Part shown: positions 19,625-27,883 of the stretch, one piece after another
Numbering within the stretch: the stretch's first letter is position 1
How the letters are laid out: the number at the start of each line of letters is the position of its first letter
Origin: Coprobacillus sp. CAG:605
GTDB lineage: Bacteria; Bacillota_I; Bacilli_A; RF39; UBA660
Length of the DNA: 64,000 nt
Assembly (NCBI GenBank): GCA_000433255.1
Contig: HF998230.1
Span: forward strand, 9,589-73,588
Reading direction: 5' to 3'
Notes under the pieces: model-generated
Database searches by the model: none
Seen by the model: only the letters and a program-made list of their open reading frames with translations
Told to the model about the DNA's origin: nothing
Made by a program: the position numbers and the translations under genes

Positions 19625-21622
19625 TTAAAAGAACATATTATAAAATGGCGTTCCAATAAAAGAAAAACGATAATTTTCAATATTAAATTCACTTAAATCC
19701 TTAGGGTTACTAATATCAATATCTTTAATACTTTCTAAATTTTGATAATCCCCCTTAATACTTAAACTAATATTACTTGTATCCTCATCATCAACTATAC
19801 TAACCATAATATTACTATTCATAGAAGTACCTAAATCATTATACTCAGCCGTCAAATTAACATTAACAACATTTGAAGAAACAATCATCTTCATACTAGC
19901 ACTACTACTACTAGTTTTAATAGACATTTCTACCTTCGAACTATCCATATTACTAGTAATACTCAAAGTTAAACTATCATTAATAAACAAAATATCTACA
20001 TTATAATCATTATTTACATACCCAATCTTTATTGGATTATCCGTCTTTTTATCTACATAAAAATCAATAACTACATTATCACTAAAAGTAATATCTTCAA
20101 GTAAATCTCTATAATTTTCATTACTATCCATAACATCATTTAAAATATTTTGCAAAAGAGTAGGTGTTAAAACTAAAGACTCCTTCTTAGTATCATACGT
20201 AACATCATTAATCACAATTGCCTCAGTACCTTTAGTAACTTTTGCATTTTTAAGATTCTTCTTAAACGAAGTAGTTAACGTCTTAACAAATTCCTCAATA
20301 TCAAAATCAGATAACTCATCCGTATTAATATCAATCTTATTATCATTACCCATATCATTATCCGTAACATAAGTACTAGGATCAACCCCATTAAATCTAA
20401 TATAAGTCTTATTATCTTTACCTAAAGCATCAATATTAACAATATTATTCTTAAAAAAATTATCGACAACCTTCAAATTATACTTAGGATTTTCTCCATT
20501 TAAATAAGTAAAATGATAAGTATAATTAGTAAAATCTTTAAAATCTTCTAAGTTTGTATCCACCTTTAATTCATAAGTACCACTTTTTAAGTTAGTATAA
20601 CCATTTTCGCCCGAAGTTAAACTTCCAATACTCTTCGATAAATCATTTAAATGCAGATTATTATTTATTTCATATATCTTCGAACTTAAAGTATTTATTC
20701 CTAGTTCAATCGCTGACTTAGTATTTTTACTAAATACAAAGTAGTAGAGTAGACCAGCTATCCCAAGTATTACCAATAAAACCGCTATTAAAGTTATAAC
20801 TATATCACTTTTATTTTTCTTCTTTTTTTCTGGTACAGGCGTATTTTCTTGCTTAGTATTTTCAGAAATCTCTTTGTTTTCAGTCTTTTCTTCATTACCT
20901 GAAGTTATTACGATATCATTATTATTTTCTTCTTTTACTTCGTTATTTTCTGGAACTTCAGTAACACTTTGTGGTTCAACTTGTAAATTATCCTGGGTAT
21001 TTTGGTTAACTTCTATATTTGTACTAGGAACATCTTCTAAAGTAGTAGGGTTATTCTCACTATCAGCTGGTGTACTAACATTTGATGTATCAATACTATC
21101 TTCATTATTTTGATTTTCCGTAGTAGTATTTAAATTACTTGGGTTAGCCACAACATCATTGTTCAAAGTATCACCCACACCAGCAGGAGCATCAAAACTA
21201 AAAGCTGGTTCCTCTGTAACTTGTGGAGTATCACTAACTACATTATTACTTTGATTTTCTATGTTTTGAGCAGGAACATCCACATTAGAAATATCCTCAA
21301 CCGGATTAGCATCAACTCCAGTTGTATTAACATCATTATTTAAAACCACTGGCTCACTAGGTACCACATCTAAAACTTCTGTTTTATCTAAATTATCTAC
21401 AGGCTCCACAATATCAAGCCCATTATTTGCAGGTATCTCTGATTCATTATTATCTAAAGTATTTTTCCTAGTCTCTATCTGATTCCTATCAGGGATATCA
21501 CTTGGCATGTTATTTCCAATATCATTATTAGTATTCTCAACATTAATCTCACTACCAAGTGATGTAATAGGGGTATCTTGCACCAAAGTAATCTTATCAT
21601 CACTATTGTATTTATCTTCCAT
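19625..21622 (-). CDS. bitopic membrane protein: ~265-aa acidic N/D/E/T/V-rich disordered N-terminus, one TM, beta-rich ectodomain
   Basis: TM IVITLIAVLLVILGIAGLLYYFVF is preceded by KKKKNKSD. The ectodomain layout parallels the next gene. Confidence 0.6.
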   Translation of the reverse strand: MEDKYNSDDKITLVQDTPITSLGSEINVENTNNDIGNNMPSDIPDRNQIETRKNTLDNNESEIPANNGLDIVEPVDNLDKTEVLDVVPSEPVVLNNDVNTTGVDANPVEDISNVDVPAQNIENQSNNVVSDTPQVTEEPAFSFDAPAGVGDTLNNDVVANPSNLNTTTENQNNEDSIDTSNVSTPADSENNPTTLEDVPSTNIEVNQNTQDNLQVEPQSVTEVPENNEVKEENNNDIVITSGNEEKTENKEISENTKQENTPVPEKKKKNKSDIVITLIAVLLVILGIAGLLYYFVFSKNTKSAIELGINTLSSKIYEINNNLHLNDLSKSIGSLTSGENGYTNLKSGTYELKVDTNLEDFKDFTNYTYHFTYLNGENPKYNLKVVDNFFKNNIVNIDALGKDNKTYIRFNGVDPSTYVTDNDMGNDNKIDINTDELSDFDIEEFVKTLTTSFKKNLKNAKVTKGTEAIVINDVTYDTKKESLVLTPTLLQNILNDVMDSNENYRDLLEDITFSDNVVIDFYVDKKTDNPIKIGYVNNDYNVDILFINDSLTLSITSNMDSSKVEMSIKTSSSSASMKMIVSSNVVNVNLTAEYNDLGTSMNSNIMVSIVDDEDTSNISLSIKGDYQNLESIKDIDISNPKDLSEFNIENYRFSFIGTPFYNMFF

Positions 21623-21703
21623 AGTCCATCTAAACTCCTTTTTACTTTCTACTATATTAAAATTATATCATACACCCACGAAAAAAAGTGCATAATTTTG
21701 CAC

Positions 21704-23578
21704 TTAATCATTATTAATAATAAAACCTAAGAAATTTATTCCTATCTGCGTCATCTCTTCATCAGATAAATCATATACATCCATACTATCAGTAGTATCA
21801 AATTCATAAGTTTTTTCCTCTTTACTCTTAGTATAATTCATATTCAAAGTACCATTAACACTACTATCATTCTTATCAATAAATGTTAACATAACCTCAC
21901 TATTACTATCATTACCATTAACAAGCAACTTTCCACTATACTTAGCAGTTATAAGATTAGCTTCATAATCAATATCTATCTTTTCTTTATCAAAACTATT
22001 AATATCTAAACTTAAAATACGGACATTACTATAAGATAGTTCTAACTTTTTACCATATAAAGTCATATAAATCTCTTGATTATCTTCATCAATAACTTTT
22101 ACTTGGTAATCTTTATTATAATTAATTATTCTAACTACTTCTTGATTATCCCTTAAGATACTTATTCCTAAAATATCATGCATAATACCCTTAGTATAAA
22201 CATCAATACTTATATTATCACAATCAATTTCACTAGTCTCATTTAAATAATCATTAACTTTATCTTTAGCAATACCCGCTGAAGTTGCAATATCATTTAC
22301 TAAAGTATTATTTTCTAAAATTCTTTTTTTAACTTTATTAACTAAGTCATTAATATCATCCTTAGTATAAGTTATTCTTAATTTCTTAACTTTAATATCT
22401 TGATTATTAATTGATATTGTATCTTTAATCGTCTCACTCTTAGGAATACTAATTTCTTCTAATATAATATCTTTAATAATTACTAAATCATTTTTTAAAA
22501 GATTATAATCAATGTTAGAATTCTTACTATCAAGTTTAACACTTAAAGGATAATATGCTAACTTATTAGATCTTAAATACAACGTATCATCAGTCTCTTT
22601 ATAAGAAATATCTAAACTATTATTATCTAAACTATTAATCATAGTAATATTACCAGAATTAATCTTATCTTTTAAATTATGACTAAAATTAAATTTATAC
22701 TCATACTTACTTAAAAACTTCAAATAATCAGTTGTTGTACTAAATGAGGCCCCACCACTCATAATATAAGATTCATTATTATAACTACCAATATCACTAA
22801 TTACTTTATTAGCCTTATTAAATAGAGTAGTAATACCATTATTTAATCTAGCCCTTGAAGAAGACACAATTACAAAATACGCTATATAAAAGCATGCTAG
22901 TAGTAAAATAACTACAATTAAAGGTTCAATAACATTAGTTTTCTTCTTCTTTTTTAAAATTTTCTGTTCTAGCTTTTTATCTTCTTCTTTTTCTTGTTCT
23001 TCTTTCGTTGGAATATCTTCTAAAGAAACTTTTTCTACTAATATGTCATCATTCTTAGAACTTACCACATATTCTTGTTCATTTTCTAAGATAATTTGTG
23101 GTTCTTCTATGTCTACTTTTTCTTTTGTCTCTTCTTTTTTACCATCTTGAATAATCTCTTCATGTACTTCTTTTACTTCAACAACATCCTTATTACCAGC
23201 CTTAACTTCTTTTTTTACTTCTGGTATTGGTGTAGGAATGCCTTCCGTTACAGCCTTTGCATCAGCATTTTCTATAGTCTTTTCTAACTTATTATCTATC
23301 TTCTTAACGTTTTTAACATTATTCTTCTTAGCTACATTATTCTTATTATTTCTTTTATTTTTCTTAGGATTATTATTAGTTTGATTACTAACTTTTTTAG
23401 TATTATTTTTCTTACTACTATTATTTTTATTCTTCGTATTTACGTTCTTCTTATTACTTGATTTAGTCTTTGTATTACTAGACTTATTTTTCTTACTATT
23501 ATTTGATTTCTTTTTATTTATATCTTTTTTACTATCAAGATTACTCTTAGTAGTATTAGGCTTTTTATCTTCCTTCAT
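21704..23578 (-). CDS. bitopic membrane protein, distant paralogue of the preceding gene, with ~100-aa K/N-rich polybasic N-terminus
   Basis: N-terminus KKPNTTKSNLDSKKDINKKKSNNSKKNKSSNTKTKSSNKKN.., TM VIEPLIVVILLLACFYIAYFVIV, ectodomain of similar length and layout. Confidence 0.6.
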   Translation of the reverse strand: MKEDKKPNTTKSNLDSKKDINKKKSNNSKKNKSSNTKTKSSNKKNVNTKNKNNSSKKNNTKKVSNQTNNNPKKNKRNNKNNVAKKNNVKNVKKIDNKLEKTIENADAKAVTEGIPTPIPEVKKEVKAGNKDVVEVKEVHEEIIQDGKKEETKEKVDIEEPQIILENEQEYVVSSKNDDILVEKVSLEDIPTKEEQEKEEDKKLEQKILKKKKKTNVIEPLIVVILLLACFYIAYFVIVSSSRARLNNGITTLFNKANKVISDIGSYNNESYIMSGGASFSTTTDYLKFLSKYEYKFNFSHNLKDKINSGNITMINSLDNNSLDISYKETDDTLYLRSNKLAYYPLSVKLDSKNSNIDYNLLKNDLVIIKDIILEEISIPKSETIKDTISINNQDIKVKKLRITYTKDDINDLVNKVKKRILENNTLVNDIATSAGIAKDKVNDYLNETSEIDCDNISIDVYTKGIMHDILGISILRDNQEVVRIINYNKDYQVKVIDEDNQEIYMTLYGKKLELSYSNVRILSLDINSFDKEKIDIDYEANLITAKYSGKLLVNGNDSNSEVMLTFIDKNDSSVNGTLNMNYTKSKEEKTYEFDTTDSMDVYDLSDEEMTQIGINFLGFIINND

Positions 23579-23683
23579 TATATCACTCCTATATATGTCT
23601 TATTTTATCATATTAATCTACCAAGGAAAATATTAAAGTCTAAATTTCTTTTAAAATCATATTAATTAAGTAAGAGGTGTCAA

Positions 23684-24826
23684 ATGAAAAAAATTTTATT
23701 ATTTATCTGTTTATCTTTAATGACTATTCCTATATTAGTTAGTGCAGAAGACCTAGCCAGTAACGCCACCAGTGCTATTTTAATGGAGTATTCGACAGGA
23801 AAAATACTTTTTGAAAAGAACGCTAACGAAGAATTACCCATGGCCTCTATGACCAAAGTTATGACATTACTTCTTACTATGGATGCCATTGAAGAGGGAA
23901 GAATATCCTATGATGATATGGTAACTATTTCTAAAAATGCAGCATCTATGGGTGGCTCCCAAATGTTTTTAGAAGAAAATTCGCAAGTTAAATTAGAAGA
24001 ATTAATTAAAGGAGTATCAGTTGCTAGCGCTAATGATGGAGCAGTTGCCTTAGCAGAGTATGTCGGTGGTAGTGTTGATAACTTTGTTAATCTAATGAAT
24101 GAAAAAGCCAAATCCTTAGGACTAGAACATACCCATTTTGCCAATCCCCATGGCCTAGATGCCCAAGACCACTATAGCAGTGCTTACGATATGGCCATTA
24201 TGGCTTTAAACTTAATACATCACCAAGATATTTTACGCTTTACATCTATTTATGAAGATTACTTTAACAAACCTGATGGTACTAGAACCTGGTTAGTTAA
24301 TACCAACAAATTAGTCAGATTTCTTCCTGGAGTAGATGGCTTAAAAACCGGGTACACTGAAGACGCCGGCTACTGCCTAACAGCAACTGCCAAAAAACAA
24401 GACATTAGATTTATTTCCGTTGTAATGGGTGAACCAACCAGTGCCATTCGTAGTAAAGAAACAACCGCCTTACTAAACTACGCCTTTAATTCATTCAAAC
24501 TAAATACTATCATAGAAGAAAATAAAGAACTAGGTACCATTGAAATAGAAAAAGGTATGCAAGACAAAGCTACATTAATAGTAAAAAAGGCTATAACTGA
24601 ACTAATTTCTAAAAGCGATAAACCTGAAGAATATTCATATAATATCAAAGTTAATAAAGTAAAAGCCCCCATAAATAGTGGCCAAACAGTAGGTATAGTT
24701 GAAATATTAGATAACGAAGGCTTAGTAGTAAGAGAAGAAGAACTAACCATTAAAGAAAACATCAAAAAAGCCACCTTGTGGCATATATTCAAAAACAATT
24801 TTAAAACTATCTTATCCGGAAAATAA
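23684..24826 (+). CDS. serine-type D-alanyl-D-alanine carboxypeptidase (peptidase S11, DacB/DacF-like)
   Basis: Signal peptide, SxxK (ASMTK), SxN (SANDGA) and KTG (LKTGYT) motifs. Confidence 0.9.
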   Translation: MKKILLFICLSLMTIPILVSAEDLASNATSAILMEYSTGKILFEKNANEELPMASMTKVMTLLLTMDAIEEGRISYDDMVTISKNAASMGGSQMFLEENSQVKLEELIKGVSVASANDGAVALAEYVGGSVDNFVNLMNEKAKSLGLEHTHFANPHGLDAQDHYSSAYDMAIMALNLIHHQDILRFTSIYEDYFNKPDGTRTWLVNTNKLVRFLPGVDGLKTGYTEDAGYCLTATAKKQDIRFISVVMGEPTSAIRSKETTALLNYAFNSFKLNTIIEENKELGTIEIEKGMQDKATLIVKKAITELISKSDKPEEYSYNIKVNKVKAPINSGQTVGIVEILDNEGLVVREEELTIKENIKKATLWHIFKNNFKTILSGK

Positions 24827-24844
24827 AAACAGCCCTATGGCTGT

Positions 24845-25963
24845 TTAATCTAAATTATTAATAGACTTAGCTAAGGACTTCTTATTAACTTCAAACAAAT
24901 ATAAATTACTATCTTGAAGAATATAAAACTTAGCTTCCTCCCGTTTCTTATCATTATAAAACATTATAGGTAATCTTAAATTATCTCTAACATCTACTAA
25001 TTCACTAAAACTTTTAATATTTAATACATTATAATCATTAACATTAGGTTTAGTTGAAGTATCAACAATTAATCTATCATATTCTCTTAATAACGTATTA
25101 ATATATTTATCATACTTACTTAACTTCTTCCTATTTTTAATAACCCTATATAATACAACCCCCAAGCAAAAACATGCCAACAACGTCCAGAAAACCCCAA
25201 CTGCCATTTTTGCCCATTGTCCCATATCAAAACTATAATTAGTAATATTCTTTTCAATACTTTTATTTACCTCTTGAGTTTTAAGATTTATTTCTATAGC
25301 TTTCTGTGATAAAGGAATTTGTACTAATAATTGAGATGAAGTAGGGATATTATCATACTTAGAATTAACCTTATTAGAAGTATTTAAATAAACCTCTAAG
25401 TAACTCTGAGAATTAATTCCATACATAGCTTTAAAACTATTTGCAATTTCATTGTAATAATCATAATTAATATCGATACTTTTATTTAAATTATAAAAAG
25501 TATTATTATTATCAATTACATCTGTTGTTTTAGAAACTAAATTATAATCTTTTTCATAATATTTTGTTGAAGTATCACCATTTTTTATTATCAATTTAGC
25601 CGTTATTTCATAATCAACAGCGTCAATTAAATCATCAATATTACTATTAAGTTGATAATTAAAATTTAGTGATATTTTTTTTATTAAACTAGCTACATAT
25701 GACATATTAGATGATAAACAATTATCTTCAAAAAAATCATTTTCTTTTAAACAAACACTATATTTAATACCACCTTTTTCTAAAAATATAAGCTTATCTT
25801 TATTAGTATCTTTTAATGCTAAACTAATGAATTTGATTCCCACAAGTAATGATATTATAGAAACTAAAATATAAAACCAAGTACTATTTAAAAAATCAAA
25901 TTTATTATTCTTAGCTTGATAATGCTTTGTAAAATTATTTTTCTTAGCCATAATATTTACCAC
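24845..25963 (-). CDS. two-TM protein encoded downstream of sipW (resembles DUF5305-type SipW-associated proteins)
   Basis: N-terminal TM (WFYILVSIISLLVGIKFI), a large ectodomain, a second TM (MAVGVFWTLLACFCLGVVLY) and a cytosolic tail. Overlaps the sipW stop. The family assignment is from memory of architecture only. Confidence 0.5.
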   Translation of the reverse strand: MVNIMAKKNNFTKHYQAKNNKFDFLNSTWFYILVSIISLLVGIKFISLALKDTNKDKLIFLEKGGIKYSVCLKENDFFEDNCLSSNMSYVASLIKKISLNFNYQLNSNIDDLIDAVDYEITAKLIIKNGDTSTKYYEKDYNLVSKTTDVIDNNNTFYNLNKSIDINYDYYNEIANSFKAMYGINSQSYLEVYLNTSNKVNSKYDNIPTSSQLLVQIPLSQKAIEINLKTQEVNKSIEKNITNYSFDMGQWAKMAVGVFWTLLACFCLGVVLYRVIKNRKKLSKYDKYINTLLREYDRLIVDTSTKPNVNDYNVLNIKSFSELVDVRDNLRLPIMFYNDKKREEAKFYILQDSNLYLFEVNKKSLAKSINNLD

Positions 25964-27087
25964 CTCTCATTTAATAATACTGTAGGATAACCAATTAAAG
26001 GTAACTTTGATTTAACTATTCCTACAAACATATCCTGGGTAATTTTATATTTATCATAATCTTGATTAGCGTCTCCCTTAGTATAAATATAATATTCACC
26101 ATTAGTATTAATAATTTTATAAACTCGATGAACAACTACCTTGTTATCATAATTATAAGCTAAAATATCACCTTGTTTAATATCTTTAAAATATTTATCT
26201 ACAATTACAACATCACCCTTATAAATATTAGGTACCATAGAATTACTAGCAATAGCAATAGCATAATATCTAAAATATCCTGAAACAAAATATATTAAAC
26301 AAAAAGCACAGATAATTAAAGGCAAAAATATTATCAAAGTTTTTTTCCTTTGATGATAATATTCTCGTTCAAGAGCATCAGTTCGATCACTTTTATACCA
26401 GTTAATTATCTTTTTTAATAATAATAGAGGAATTATTAAAAAGATCAAAGAATACAAATATTCACTAGGGTTAGGAACAATTGGCATTAAATACTTATAA
26501 AGATTTATTATTAATAAGTAAACAATTCCCGGTTTATAACCTTCCTTAATCCCTAAATATGTACACAAAATATTTTCTGTAATAGATGGCAAAATACTTA
26601 CCGCAATTAATAGAAAAGTATCTCTATTAAAACCAAGAATATGAGATTCTAATGCAACAACATTATCCATTATTATAAAAAATACACACGTTAATACAAT
26701 TAATATCCACGACTCACTGGATTTTTTTAAAAGTTGATATCTTAAAAATTCTTTTATAAAAATATATAATATTATAGGAATAATAATATTTAGAAAAGAC
26801 TTTATCGTAAAATAATTAGTATTTTTGGCAAATCCAATTATAATGCCAAACAAGTAGTAAACAAGAAAAAAAGCTATTAAAAAAATAACAATTTCTAAGA
26901 TGACATCCTTAACATAGCGATGTCTATCTTTTTCAAAACCTAGTATCATATAAAATACTACTAAGGATAGTAGCATAATTATATTTAAACCAGTAGTTTC
27001 TAACTTTCTAAACACAAAACTATTTGAAAGAAAAATAAAACTTAAGATTGAAATGAACAATATTATTTTTATATAACTTTTTTTCAT
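25957..27087 (-). CDS. sipW: SipW/ER-type (S26B) signal peptidase I fused to a ~260-aa N-terminal polytopic membrane domain
   Basis: C-terminal catalytic domain IASNSMVPNIYKGDVVIVD..GDILAYNYDNKVVVHRVYKI..YTKGDANQDYD has the Ser box, the HR box and GDxN..D. About eight hydrophobic segments precede it. Confidence 0.8.
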   Translation of the reverse strand: MKKSYIKIILFISILSFIFLSNSFVFRKLETTGLNIIMLLSLVVFYMILGFEKDRHRYVKDVILEIVIFLIAFFLVYYLFGIIIGFAKNTNYFTIKSFLNIIIPIILYIFIKEFLRYQLLKKSSESWILIVLTCVFFIIMDNVVALESHILGFNRDTFLLIAVSILPSITENILCTYLGIKEGYKPGIVYLLIINLYKYLMPIVPNPSEYLYSLIFLIIPLLLLKKIINWYKSDRTDALEREYYHQRKKTLIIFLPLIICAFCLIYFVSGYFRYYAIAIASNSMVPNIYKGDVVIVDKYFKDIKQGDILAYNYDNKVVVHRVYKIINTNGEYYIYTKGDANQDYDKYKITQDMFVGIVKSKLPLIGYPTVLLNERW

Positions 27088-27102
27088 TTTTACCTACCTC
27101 AA

Positions 27103-27756
27103 TTAGTCTACTGAACTATAATTTAAAGCTATATTACCAAAAGAAACACTGAAATCGCCATCAGCACGTTCTGCATTTAGCGCATATTCTAAAGTAACAG
27201 TAACAAGTTCACCAGTTTTTTTAGCTAAAGAATGTCCAGTAATTGATGCTTTACCACTAGAAGTTTCAAGCTCATTTCCAACTTTTACTTTAACAGAAAT
27301 ATTTTCACAAGCTTTTTGAACTAATTCATCAGTTGTTCCTTCATTAGCCGTACAAATTTTAGCTTGAGTTTGATTAGCTACATTTTCATAAACTATACTC
27401 TTTAAGTAAGCATTTAATTTCCCAGCATTGTATGCATAAAATTTATATACAACAGATTGTCCTGGTTCAGTAAATACCGCACTTAAATTTGATATAACTG
27501 GATCATTACTATTATCAATGGTACCATTAGTAGCAGTAACACTATTTGGTGTAGAAGTTGGAACTATTTCACTAAGGTCAACACTATCAATTGAACTAGA
27601 AAAATCAACATTCATAGTACTACTATCAGGTTTAACATTTGCACTAGATTGAATATTCAAAACACTAGAAAATGAAGCAAAACCGATTGATAATCCTGCA
27701 ATTCCAACAACTAAAGCAATTATAGCTATTATTTGTGCAGCTCTATTCTTTTCCAT
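27103..27756 (-). CDS. secreted TasA/camelysin-like protein with SipW-type signal peptide
   Basis: First gene of the sipW operon. Signal/anchor ends ..GLSIGFASFSSV; compare TasA ..GGGTWAAFND. Beta-rich body contains FTEPGQSVVYKFYAYNAGKLNAYL. Confidence 0.55.
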   Translation of the reverse strand: MEKNRAAQIIAIIALVVGIAGLSIGFASFSSVLNIQSSANVKPDSSTMNVDFSSSIDSVDLSEIVPTSTPNSVTATNGTIDNSNDPVISNLSAVFTEPGQSVVYKFYAYNAGKLNAYLKSIVYENVANQTQAKICTANEGTTDELVQKACENISVKVKVGNELETSSGKASITGHSLAKKTGELVTVTLEYALNAERADGDFSVSFGNIALNYSSVD

Positions 27757-27838
27757 TTTTTATCCTCCTATGTTAAAAATTATATCATACGTTAGCATAA
27801 ATTTAAACATAAAAAAATATATATCCCATCATTAAAAT

Positions 27839-27867
27839 TTGAAGCTTTTTTAAATCTTTGATACAAT
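27839..27867 (+). promoter_or_regulatory. sigma-A type promoter for yfhO-like/pilin-like genes
   Basis: TTGAAG (27839-27844), 17 nt, TACAAT (27862-27867). Confidence 0.5.
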
Positions 27868-27883
27868 TATATTGGTGATTATA

